From Ostreococcus lucimarinus (Eukaryota): a stretch of DNA of 64,000 nt. The stretch lies in NCBI GenBank assembly GCA_000092065.1, contig CP000583.1; one strand, written 5' to 3'. Shown one piece after another: positions 20,297 through 29,378 of the stretch (within the stretch, counting starts at the first letter, position 1; the number at the start of each line of letters is the position of its first letter). The position numbers and the translations under genes are program-made. The notes under the pieces were generated by a model, which was given only the letters and a program-made list of their open reading frames with translations, was not told the origin of the DNA and ran no database searches.

Positions 20297-23200
20297 TCAA
20301 GCCTCGTCCTTGTCCGCGAGCGATTGCGAGCTGTTTCGGCGATGAATGCTCGCCGCCGAGGCCAAGTTGCGCAAGAAATCTTCGTTACGCTTGCTCCCGC
20401 TCCCGCTGACGAGGGCGGAGAACTTGCCGATTTTGTTCTTCAGTAATTGGTCCGGCTCGCCGTATTCGACGAGTTCACCTCTGTCCAAGAAGGCCACCTT
20501 GTCGCTGTCCATGATGGTGTTCAAGCGATGCGCGATGGTGAGCGTCGTGCAGTCGCTAAAGGCTTCGCGCACGGTCTTCTGAATCAAAGCGTCGCTATCC
20601 ATGTCAACTGATGCGGTGGCTTCGTCCATCATCAATACGCGGCTTTGGCGCAGCAAAGCGCGACCCATGCACAGAAGCTGTCGCTGTCCGAGCGAAAAGT
20701 TGGCGCCGTTGTCGATCACCTCCATGTCCAAGCGCTTCGCGCTCTTGTCCACCATCGGACGCAATCCAACCTTCTCCAACACTTCCCACACCGCATCATC
20801 TTGATGCTCGTCGAAGGGATCCAGGTTACTGCGAATGGAACCGGCAAACATGAACGGATCTTGCGGAATCATAGCCATCTTGGATCGCAAGTCTCGCAAT
20901 CCGAGCGCTCTGATGTCAATCCCATCCAGGCGCACCGTACCCGTCGCCGGTTCGACGATCCGGAATAGAGCGACGAACATGGAAGACTTACCGCTACCGG
21001 TACGACCGCAAATGCCTACTTTTTCGCCCGAGTTGACGGTGAAGGTCAAGTTTTTCAACACCAAAGGCAAGCCAGGGCGGTAGCGCATGCTGAGATTATC
21101 GACCTCGAGCTTACCCTTCTTCGGCCAATCCACAGGAATGCCGAGGGCGACGCTGGCATCGGTATCGTGAGAGCTCTCCAACGGCTTATCCAAGTATTCT
21201 ACGATACGCTCGACGGCGTTCATTTTTGTTTCCAATTCGCTCGCCATGTTGGTGCCGTGTTCCATGTACTTGGTGACATCAAGCGCGTACACGAGCGTCA
21301 AACCGGCCAGACCGGCGCTCACGTTACCCTGGATCACCAAGAACGTGGCGCAAGAGACGATGACGCTGCCGATGAGACGCAACCGAATCGCGAGCCAGAG
21401 AGCGACGAGGCGCTGCGTGACGTAGGCGTCAGCGTTCTTTTCCATTAAGCGGTTCGCCATCATGGTGAAGTGCCCGCCGACCCGGTACGCTCGAATAGTC
21501 TCGACGCCGCTTACGGCTTCGCCCAATCCGCTGTAGATCGGTGATCGCGTGATGGACTCAATACGCTGCAACTCGCGGCAAGCAGGGATGTAAAATCTCT
21601 GAATCGAGAGGTAAAGAATGAGGATAGGCGGCAGGGCAACAGTGAACCATTTCGTGGCCACGCACACAATGATGAGCGTGGTGATGATGTTTGAGATGCA
21701 CCCGAGGAACTGCACGACGATGCCCGGCAACACGATATCAATTGTCTCTGTGTCACGGCTGAAGCGGTTAATGATGCGGCCACTCGGGGTGGTGTCGAAG
21801 AAACTCATGGGCATCTTCATCACTCGCGAGAGCAAGTTTTCGTGCATCCATCGGCATGCGCGGCAGAGGAAAAAGTAGAGAGTAAGACTTCGAACGAAGA
21901 TAAAAATGCCGTTGACGACAAAGATCCCAAAGTACATGAGAAGATATTCGTTGCTCGTCCACCCGAACTGATTCGTCGCCCACCAAGTCAACCAATAATC
22001 GAGGAAAGCCTTGGTTCCGTACTCGCAGCCAAAAAACATTATGACAAAAATGAAGTTCCACTTCGTTCCCGTGGCTTCGAAAAGCTTGAGATACACGCGC
22101 GCGCTAACGTTGCCCGTCGCGCGTTCTTCTTCTTTGGTCGCGTCGACGTCCTTGGCAGAAGAGTTGATAACAGTTCGTTGACGGAAGAGATCAGGCTTTT
22201 CCGTCTTCTTCTCTGTGGATCCGTCGCCTTCGTCGCGATCGATGCCATGCGTCTTCATAAGCTCGCAAAAAGCACCTTTTTTAGCCATGAGCGAGTTGTA
22301 GTTGCCAACTTCTTGCATCTTGCCGTCGCCCAGCACCACGACTTGATCGGCTCTGGGCAAATACTGAAGCGCGTTGGTGACGAGAATCACAGTCTTGTCC
22401 TTCAGTTCTCCCGTCATGACTTCCTTGAAGAGCGCAGAGCCGACGTGGTTATCTACGGCGCTCAGGGGATCATCAAAGATGTAAACATCGCTTTCCGCGT
22501 ACAAAGCACGCGCAATGGCAACGCGCTGCTTTTGGCCGCCCGAAAGCGTCACACCGCGCTCGCCGATGGTCGTTTGGTCGCCCGCGGGCAAAATTTCTAG
22601 ATCTGACGCGAGCTGCGCCAGGCGGACAGCCTTTTCGTACTTGTTCTCATCGTACACCTGGCCAAATACGATGTTCTCTTTGACAGTCGCGTTTAAGATC
22701 CACGCTTGTTGCGCGCAGAATGATACCGCACCACTCACTTTGATATCGCCGCTCTTGCACGTGACAAACTTATTGAGCGCCGAAGCGAGCGTCGATTTGC
22801 CGCAACCGACTGGGCCGACGATCATGGTCAGAGTCCGAGGTTTTACTTCAAAGTCGAGCCCAGCGAGTTCAAATGGTTCTTCTTCAGCCACGGTGACGTT
22901 TACCACGGTTTCATCGACGGTGACAGCTTCTTCCAACTTGTCCTCTTCAATTTTCTTCTCTTTCTTCTCTTTCTTGCTCGATCGGCCAGGAGGGCCCTTC
23001 GGCGCCTCTTCCTCTGGCTTCTTCGGAAGCGTCGGCCAGGCAACCGTCGCATCGGTGCATCTCACGGTACCCGGTTCGGAAAGATCCACTTCGTACTGTT
23101 CACACTCGTCCGCGTCGAGGAAGGACGCTAAACGCTGAATCGCGTTGAGCGCGTTGAGCAACGTGTTGAGCAGAAACGGCACGAGCACGAGGGGGAAACG

Positions 23201-24073
23201 GAGCATGTTGAACAGAGCCAAGGCCGTGTAGGCTTTACTCGTGATGATCGGGTTTCCAGAGAGAGAATAAGTGCCGAGAGAACACACGGCAATGAAGACC
23301 GGAGTACTGAAGAGAGCGACTCCAAAAAGTGCGCCCACTTTTTGCGATTTCCAGACTAAACCGACTTCGCGGTCGCGAATCTTTCTGACTCTATCGGCGA
23401 ACGTGTTCTCCCATGCGTAGTACTTGATCACGCGCATGCCATTAATAAGCTCGCCCACAATGTTAATACGCTCATCCGCGCACTTAACCAAGCCACGTCT
23501 AATCTTGAACAAAGTCATGGCGACGAAGAAGGTGAAGGGCGCTGCGACGAGGATGCATGCAAAACCAATGAAGGCACTCCACTTGAGAACGTCGTAAAGT
23601 AGCACGAAGGACGCAACGATGAAAATCGGCGCTGCCCATAAGTTGTGGATCATGGCAAACAGTTCCTGCAATTTGTTGACGTCGTTCGACATCAAAGTCA
23701 CGATGCGCCCCGTCGACTCGGATTGTAGTCCTTTTGGCGACAGTCGCAACACTTTGCGATACAGCGCGCACATCAAACTGTTACGAACCGATATGCCAAT
23801 CTTTTGAAGCGCGAATTCCGTGTGCGCTGTGCAAAAGTTTTGCAAAATCGACGCTGCGGCGAGAAGAATTGCGTACTCATACATCTTGCGCTTCGCCGTA
23901 CATCCGGCGGCGGCAGCCGAGACGCCGAACTTCTCAGCGAATTTTTCGCATTCAAGTCCAGCGATAATTTCGCGCAACAATAACGGCCCAGCAAACAAAG
24001 ACGCTTGCGCGATACCAAACAGCACCCCCGTCCACACGAATGTGAGCTTATGTCGCGTCAACAGCGCTCGCAC
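20297..24073 (-). CDS. ABC transporter, subfamily C (MRP-type, TMD-NBD-TMD-NBD, 1258 aa)
   Basis: Two NBDs with Walker A (GPVGCGKST / GRTGSGKSS), ABC signature (LSGGQKQRVAIARAL / FSLGQRQLLCMGRAL) and Walker B. Two 6-TM domains characteristic of short ABCC proteins. Confidence 0.9.
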   Translation of the reverse strand: MRALLTRHKLTFVWTGVLFGIAQASLFAGPLLLREIIAGLECEKFAEKFGVSAAAAGCTAKRKMYEYAILLAAASILQNFCTAHTEFALQKIGISVRNSLMCALYRKVLRLSPKGLQSESTGRIVTLMSNDVNKLQELFAMIHNLWAAPIFIVASFVLLYDVLKWSAFIGFACILVAAPFTFFVAMTLFKIRRGLVKCADERINIVGELINGMRVIKYYAWENTFADRVRKIRDREVGLVWKSQKVGALFGVALFSTPVFIAVCSLGTYSLSGNPIITSKAYTALALFNMLRFPLVLVPFLLNTLLNALNAIQRLASFLDADECEQYEVDLSEPGTVRCTDATVAWPTLPKKPEEEAPKGPPGRSSKKEKKEKKIEEDKLEEAVTVDETVVNVTVAEEEPFELAGLDFEVKPRTLTMIVGPVGCGKSTLASALNKFVTCKSGDIKVSGAVSFCAQQAWILNATVKENIVFGQVYDENKYEKAVRLAQLASDLEILPAGDQTTIGERGVTLSGGQKQRVAIARALYAESDVYIFDDPLSAVDNHVGSALFKEVMTGELKDKTVILVTNALQYLPRADQVVVLGDGKMQEVGNYNSLMAKKGAFCELMKTHGIDRDEGDGSTEKKTEKPDLFRQRTVINSSAKDVDATKEEERATGNVSARVYLKLFEATGTKWNFIFVIMFFGCEYGTKAFLDYWLTWWATNQFGWTSNEYLLMYFGIFVVNGIFIFVRSLTLYFFLCRACRWMHENLLSRVMKMPMSFFDTTPSGRIINRFSRDTETIDIVLPGIVVQFLGCISNIITTLIIVCVATKWFTVALPPILILYLSIQRFYIPACRELQRIESITRSPIYSGLGEAVSGVETIRAYRVGGHFTMMANRLMEKNADAYVTQRLVALWLAIRLRLIGSVIVSCATFLVIQGNVSAGLAGLTLVYALDVTKYMEHGTNMASELETKMNAVERIVEYLDKPLESSHDTDASVALGIPVDWPKKGKLEVDNLSMRYRPGLPLVLKNLTFTVNSGEKVGICGRTGSGKSSMFVALFRIVEPATGTVRLDGIDIRALGLRDLRSKMAMIPQDPFMFAGSIRSNLDPFDEHQDDAVWEVLEKVGLRPMVDKSAKRLDMEVIDNGANFSLGQRQLLCMGRALLRQSRVLMMDEATASVDMDSDALIQKTVREAFSDCTTLTIAHRLNTIMDSDKVAFLDRGELVEYGEPDQLLKNKIGKFSALVSGSGSKRNEDFLRNLASAASIHRRNSSQSLADKDEA

Positions 24074-24741
24074 CAGGTTTGGCTTGGGCTTGGTTCTTTC
24101 GTTGGCCCAGTCCTCGTCGAAAATTTGCGTCAGCTGTTTCGTTCGACGACGACGGTCAGTCTCGTTGATTCATTCTGCACTCGTTTTCAATCACGCGTGC
24201 GCGCGTACGCGTTGATGACGCGAGAAAAGTCGCGCGCTCGGCGAAATCACAAACGCACCCGTTCGCTATCCAACTTTTCCAAGTGGCACAAGTCCGTCGG
24301 TTCCAACCTCCTGACCGTGCCTTCGGCGATCAACGGCGACACTTGGGCGAAGAATAACGCCTTGAGCGGGTTCTTCTTGTTCCAATCGACGGGCGCAGGC
24401 GGCGGCCCGACGTCCTCCGCATCTTTCGCAGGTTTCGTCATCGTCTCGCCCGTCGACGTCATGGCGGCGACGTCGGGACGACCGAGCGCTGACGACGACG
24501 ACGAGCGTTCACGAGACGACCTCGCGCGGTGACGCGATGAAAGCTCAGAAGTTCGTGTCGTATCGCGGATGGCGGCGACGTGCGCGCGATTTCGGTGACG
24601 ACGTCGACGCGAGGCGATGTGACGCTGGGCTGCCCCGGGTGTTTTCCGTGGGCAGGTGGGGCCTGGCAGAGGTTTATGGGCGAACCAACTGCGATTTGAT
24701 CATTAAACGAGAATAACGACAGCGACGAAGGAGTCGCACGT

Positions 24742-25887
24742 TTAAACGGCGATGCACGGGTCTCTGCACTGCTGATGCACGGCGTCTATGGCCTTGAGCG
24801 TTTCCTTGCTCAACACAACCGAGGGCTCAAACGCATCGATGTTCTCCTTCAACTGCTCGAGCGTGGTGGCTCCGATGATGGTGGAAGTGTTGAAAGCGCG
24901 CGTCTTGCACCAGTTAAGCGCCATGGTGGTGAGACTCATACCCGCCTTATCGGCGATTTCTTTGTACTGCTTCGTCGCCTTGACGGAGTTTTCGTTCAGG
25001 TAACGCTGGTGGAAATGTTTGAAGACAGACATGCGAGCGCCCTCCGGACGAGCGCCGTCGAGGTATTTGCCCGATAAGGCTCCGCCCGCGAGTGGGGTCC
25101 AGGGAAGGAGTAAAATGTTGTAGTTTGACTTCGAGCACGCCTCGGCGACTTCAGTGTCAAACTGTCGATGCAGAAGGCAAAAAGAGTTCTGAATCGACAC
25201 CGGACGGGGAACGCCGAGCTCATCCGCCGCGCGAACAAACTCGCACACTCCGAACGTTGACTCGTTTGATAACCCGTAATGCCTGATCTTCCCAGCCTTG
25301 ATGAGCTCACCGAGCGCTTCGACCGTCTCGCGAATAGGGACAGAGTCCGATCTCTCCTTGCTCTGAATGTACTCTGTCGATCCCGTGAACGCGCCGATGG
25401 GCAGATACCTGTCGGGCCAGTGCACTTGGTATAAATCGATGTAATCCGTTCTCAATCGTCGCAGCGACGCATCACACGCTTGAAATATGCTTTGTTTATC
25501 CAATCTCGCCGCGCACGGCGCGCCCGCAGGCACCGTTCGGTTACCCGCCGTCTCGCTCTTGGCTTGGTATCCGCTCACCTTGGTCGCCACGACGAGCTCC
25601 TTTCTCAGCTCGACGTTCTTTGCGAGCCAATTCCCGATGATTTCCTCCGTCGTCCCAGGTTTCCATCGCGCATCGCTCGACGGCACCGGGTACATCTCCG
25701 CGGTGTCGATGAAGTTCACGCCTCGTTGTTTGACGGCGTAATCCAACTGCTCGTGCGCCTCGGCTTCGGTGTTTTGCACGCCCCACGTCATCGTCCCCAG
25801 GCACACGTCGGTGACGAAAACGTCTTTCGCGCTGCCGAGAGGGATTCGACGCAGCGTCGTGCGCGGGATAGAAGTCACGGCGGCCAT
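24742..25887 (-). CDS. Aldo/keto reductase family NADP-dependent oxidoreductase (Tas-like)
   Basis: AKR fold motifs: LGTMTWG N-terminus, DTAEMY, catalytic Tyr/Lys context, C-terminal LxxG cofactor region. Confidence 0.8.
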   Translation of the reverse strand: MAAVTSIPRTTLRRIPLGSAKDVFVTDVCLGTMTWGVQNTEAEAHEQLDYAVKQRGVNFIDTAEMYPVPSSDARWKPGTTEEIIGNWLAKNVELRKELVVATKVSGYQAKSETAGNRTVPAGAPCAARLDKQSIFQACDASLRRLRTDYIDLYQVHWPDRYLPIGAFTGSTEYIQSKERSDSVPIRETVEALGELIKAGKIRHYGLSNESTFGVCEFVRAADELGVPRPVSIQNSFCLLHRQFDTEVAEACSKSNYNILLLPWTPLAGGALSGKYLDGARPEGARMSVFKHFHQRYLNENSVKATKQYKEIADKAGMSLTTMALNWCKTRAFNTSTIIGATTLEQLKENIDAFEPSVVLSKETLKAIDAVHQQCRDPCIAV

Positions 25888-25955
25888 CGTGCGATGGATG
25901 TGAGACGCAAAGTGACGCGATCGGGTCGCCGCCTCGCAGGCACCGAGACCTCACT

Positions 25956-27263
25956 TTGCGCCCTGCCCTCGTCATGGCGTCCGATGGTGACGATGGCATC
26001 GCCGTGCAGACGTTCACGCTGGAACAAGAACAAGAACTGCGCGTGGAGACGCCCGCGAGGGGGGAGATAAAGCTCAAGCTCGTCGATGGCACGGCGGAAG
26101 TCTTCGGGGCGGAGATCGCCGTCGGGCAGAGCATTACGTGTGTTTCGGGACGTAAACTCGCCGTTTTCACCTATCACGGCGCGACGATCGAAGTGAGAGG
26201 AGAGGTAGAGATCGCGTACGTCGCCGGGGAGACGCCGATGGTGAGTTACGCGAACACGCACTCGGTTTTGAATGCGAAACGCGTGGCCGCGGCGAGCGAG
26301 AATTCGAGCGAAGCCGAGGGACCGAGGGTAATGTGTGTCGGACCGACGGACGTGGGTAAGAGCACGGTGTGTTCTATATTATGTAACTACGCCACGCGCG
26401 CCGGACACGCTCCGCTGTACGTGGATTTAGATTTAGGACAGGGCGCGGTCACGGTGCCGGGAACGATTTGCGCCGCGCCGATTGACGCGCAGATAGACCT
26501 CGAAGAGGGAATACCGCTGGAGATGCCTCTGGTGTACTTTTACGGCGACTTGACTGTGAATAATCCCGATTACTATAAGCACATCGTCTCGAGGTTGGGC
26601 ACTATGCTAGACGAGCGAAGCAAGGCAAACGAAGAGGCGCGCGCGGCTGGATGCGTGGTGAATACGATGGGTTGGATCGATGGCGTCGGCCTGGAGCTCT
26701 TGCTTCACGCTCGAGAGGCGCTCAAGATTGATCACGTCCTTGTCATTGGTCAGGAGCGTTTGTTCGGGCAACTGCAGCAAAAACTTAAGGGAACGGACTG
26801 CCAAGTGTTTCGACTGCAAAAGTCTGGCGGCGTCGTTGAACGCACGCCCGAGTACCGCCGAGCATCTCGCGATCGCATGTTCAAGGAATACTTTTACGGC
26901 GCTACCGGCGAGCTCGCACCGGCGTCGCAGACGGCTTATTTCTCGAAAATCAGCATATATCGCATCGGGGGTGGTCCGCGAGCGCCGACGTCCGCGTTGC
27001 CAATCGGTCAAGCTCCGTCCACGGATCCCATGCGAGTCACTCCCGTTGTGCCTTCCACGTCGCTTTTGCACTCCGTCTTAGCGGTTAGTCACGGGAAAAC
27101 ACAGGGGGACTTGCTCACTTCGAACGTTGCTGGTTTCATTTATATCACCGAGGTGAACATGATGCAGAAATCGTTCACGTATCTGTCGCCGTGCCCGGGC
27201 GAATTGCCGTCAAACGTCTTGCTCTCTGGTAACTTGAAATGGTTAGGCGAAGATGTGAAGTAG
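25956..27263 (+). CDS. CLP1: mRNA cleavage/polyadenylation factor Clp1 (polyribonucleotide 5'-hydroxyl-kinase)
   Basis: P-loop VMCVGPTDVGKSTVCSIL, central kinase domain and Clp1 N/C-terminal beta domains. It diverges from the AKR gene with only a 68-bp spacer. Confidence 0.85.
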   Translation: MRPALVMASDGDDGIAVQTFTLEQEQELRVETPARGEIKLKLVDGTAEVFGAEIAVGQSITCVSGRKLAVFTYHGATIEVRGEVEIAYVAGETPMVSYANTHSVLNAKRVAAASENSSEAEGPRVMCVGPTDVGKSTVCSILCNYATRAGHAPLYVDLDLGQGAVTVPGTICAAPIDAQIDLEEGIPLEMPLVYFYGDLTVNNPDYYKHIVSRLGTMLDERSKANEEARAAGCVVNTMGWIDGVGLELLLHAREALKIDHVLVIGQERLFGQLQQKLKGTDCQVFRLQKSGGVVERTPEYRRASRDRMFKEYFYGATGELAPASQTAYFSKISIYRIGGGPRAPTSALPIGQAPSTDPMRVTPVVPSTSLLHSVLAVSHGKTQGDLLTSNVAGFIYITEVNMMQKSFTYLSPCPGELPSNVLLSGNLKWLGEDVK

Positions 27264-27339
27264 CGAGTGAATAGGTTTTAAACACTTGTTAGCAGAACAT
27301 TTAACACGCAATCACTCAATCGCTCGCGCGTTTTTTATT

Positions 27340-27586
27340 GGCGACGCTGAGGACGCAAACGTCGACGCGGCAGCCGCCGCCGACGATGAAGTCCAGGCGC
27401 TGCTTGCGGAAAACAAGGAGGCTGTTGAATCTGCTCCGAAGAGGCGTCGAAATCATGACGACGTTGATTTTCCGTTGGCGCCCATAGCCGTGCGCGTCGC
27501 GGGCGTCGCAGACGCACACACGAACGATAGCACCGCAGCAGATCCGTGGGCCGAGCTTGCGAAGCGCATAGGTGAATAATATAAGC
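27340..27586. repeat. Interstitial inverted copy (B) of subtelomeric segment 877..1125; retains an in-frame relic ORF of the J-domain protein C-terminus
   Basis: ORF 27286..27579 (+) translates to …EVQALLAENKEAVESAPKRRRNHDDVDFPLAPIAVRVAGVADAHTNDSTAADPWAELAKRIGE, near-identical to the C-terminus of the 885..2348 protein including the stop. The sequence diverges immediately outside the block. Confidence 0.85.
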
Positions 27587-27608
27587 CGCATAGTGATACA
27601 TAAGCACT

Positions 27609-28988
27609 CTACTTGTCGCTCGCATTCGCCGCCTCCGCGGCTTGCTCACCGACCACCCCGCTACCGTTCGCCATCGAAGACGCGTACAGCGCGCCCAACG
27701 CATCGCGCATCAACGCGACGCGCTCGCGATTTTTCCATTTTTCGATGTTCAACGCGAGCGGCGCCGCCACCATGAGAAACGCTACGACGTTGGTGTAATC
27801 GCGCAACGGCCCGACGTCCGCATCGAACGCTGGCGATAGCGCTAAACTCAACCCACGAACGCCCGAAGCGACGGCTAAGGAAAGAATTGCAACTTTGGTG
27901 ATGAAGACGCCGTCATCGTCCTCGGCCCAAAGCTTTGTGCCGAAATTTTCCACGTCGAAATCCCACCACGAACTCTCAGTCTCGTCCATGACCACGCACG
28001 TGGGCTCGGAAGCTAGACGCACGTCGCGCGTGGCTTCGTCAGACGTCGTATGTCCCTTCGCGAGCTCACCCGCGGCGACGCACATGCCGACGTTTCCCAT
28101 CATCGTGAACGCGCCCTGCGCGGCGACGAGCCAGTCCAAACTCGCCGCGTTGCCGAAGAAATGTTGCGTGCACGCGCAAATCCCGCTCGCGTGCAGTGGA
28201 AGCATGCCCCACGTCAGCATGCGCCACCCTTTGTCGTCGCCGCGATCGCACTCGGCGTAGTCCCAAATCAAGCCCATCGCGAGCAACCACTCGACGAGGC
28301 TGAAAATGTGCACCCCCCACGTCGGCACGCTGAGCGCGTCCGCGACGGGATTCGGCAATCCCAAAAACGCCGACGTCGACGCCTCGAAATCGTCCGCCCA
28401 CGTTCTAAACATCTCCACCGACGTCGTCAGCGCCGCCGGACTGGCGTCCGGAATCGTCAGCAACCGCTCGTCGAGCGATAACAACAGCGCCGTCGCCAAC
28501 AAGCCCACGCCCGCGAACGCCTCGACGACGACGCCCGGTCGTCCCACGGTCGCCACCGGCGCCGTCGACGCGAGTCCTTCGCCAATTTGCGTGTTCCCTC
28601 GCCGAAACGCGAGCAATATCCTCAAATTCGTCAAACTGATGGCGCTCTGAATCAAAAAATGCAGCGCGTCGATGTTACTCAGCACCTCCCCGTACGCGCT
28701 CTTCGTGTACGCCTCCGCAGGTATCGAGATCAGCACGAACAGCAACAGCGTCGCGAACGCTTGCCGCATCTCCACCGTCGCGCTCGGCGCGTCGTTCACG
28801 CGTTTCAGAAAAAGCACGTACGGCGCCACGCTCAGCGCGAAGAGCGGCGACGCCACCGCCCACCACGCCGAGTGTCCGTCCAGCACCGCGTCCCCGACGT
28901 CGCGCAGCGTCAGCGCGTCGCACCGCGCGCGCCCGCGCGGTTTCGCGCGCCTTTCGCGCCCGTCCGCGCGTCCCGCGCCCGTCGCCAT
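27609..28988 (-). CDS. Conserved hypothetical polytopic membrane protein (~460 aa)
   Basis: ATG chosen at 28988 (MATGAGRADG…) after a poly-Thr-encoding GTC/GAC tract. Multiple TM helices plus a central soluble segment with W-rich motifs (WDYAECDRGDDKGWRMLTWGMLPLHASG). No family assigned. The long R-rich N-terminus in the track ORF is antisense artefact. Confidence 0.4.
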   Translation of the reverse strand: MATGAGRADGRERRAKPRGRARCDALTLRDVGDAVLDGHSAWWAVASPLFALSVAPYVLFLKRVNDAPSATVEMRQAFATLLLFVLISIPAEAYTKSAYGEVLSNIDALHFLIQSAISLTNLRILLAFRRGNTQIGEGLASTAPVATVGRPGVVVEAFAGVGLLATALLLSLDERLLTIPDASPAALTTSVEMFRTWADDFEASTSAFLGLPNPVADALSVPTWGVHIFSLVEWLLAMGLIWDYAECDRGDDKGWRMLTWGMLPLHASGICACTQHFFGNAASLDWLVAAQGAFTMMGNVGMCVAAGELAKGHTTSDEATRDVRLASEPTCVVMDETESSWWDFDVENFGTKLWAEDDDGVFITKVAILSLAVASGVRGLSLALSPAFDADVGPLRDYTNVVAFLMVAAPLALNIEKWKNRERVALMRDALGALYASSMANGSGVVGEQAAEAANASDK

Positions 28989-29378
28989 CGTCGTCGTCGT
29001 CGTCCGCGTCGTCCGCGTCGCCGCCCTTCGCGTCGTCGTCCTTCGCGTCGTCGTCGTCGTCGTCCTCGACGTCGACGCGCGCGCGCCGATCGCCGTCGCG
29101 TCCGACGCGCGCGTCGCCATCGTCCTCGTCGGATTCGCGCGCGACCGCGCCGCCGATCGCGTCGCGCACTCGCGCTTCGGACGCGACGCCGTCGCATCGC
29201 GTCGCATCGCGCGGGGGAAGGAACGGGCGCGACGTCGTTCGGGCGTCAGTCGCGGTCGCGTTCGCGCGACGACGCGCGAATCGCGCGCGCGAGACGCGAA
29301 AGGGCGACGCGTCGACGAGGCGCGCGAGACGCGAGCGCGCGGCGTCGACGGCGCGACGGAGGACGCGCGAACGCGACG

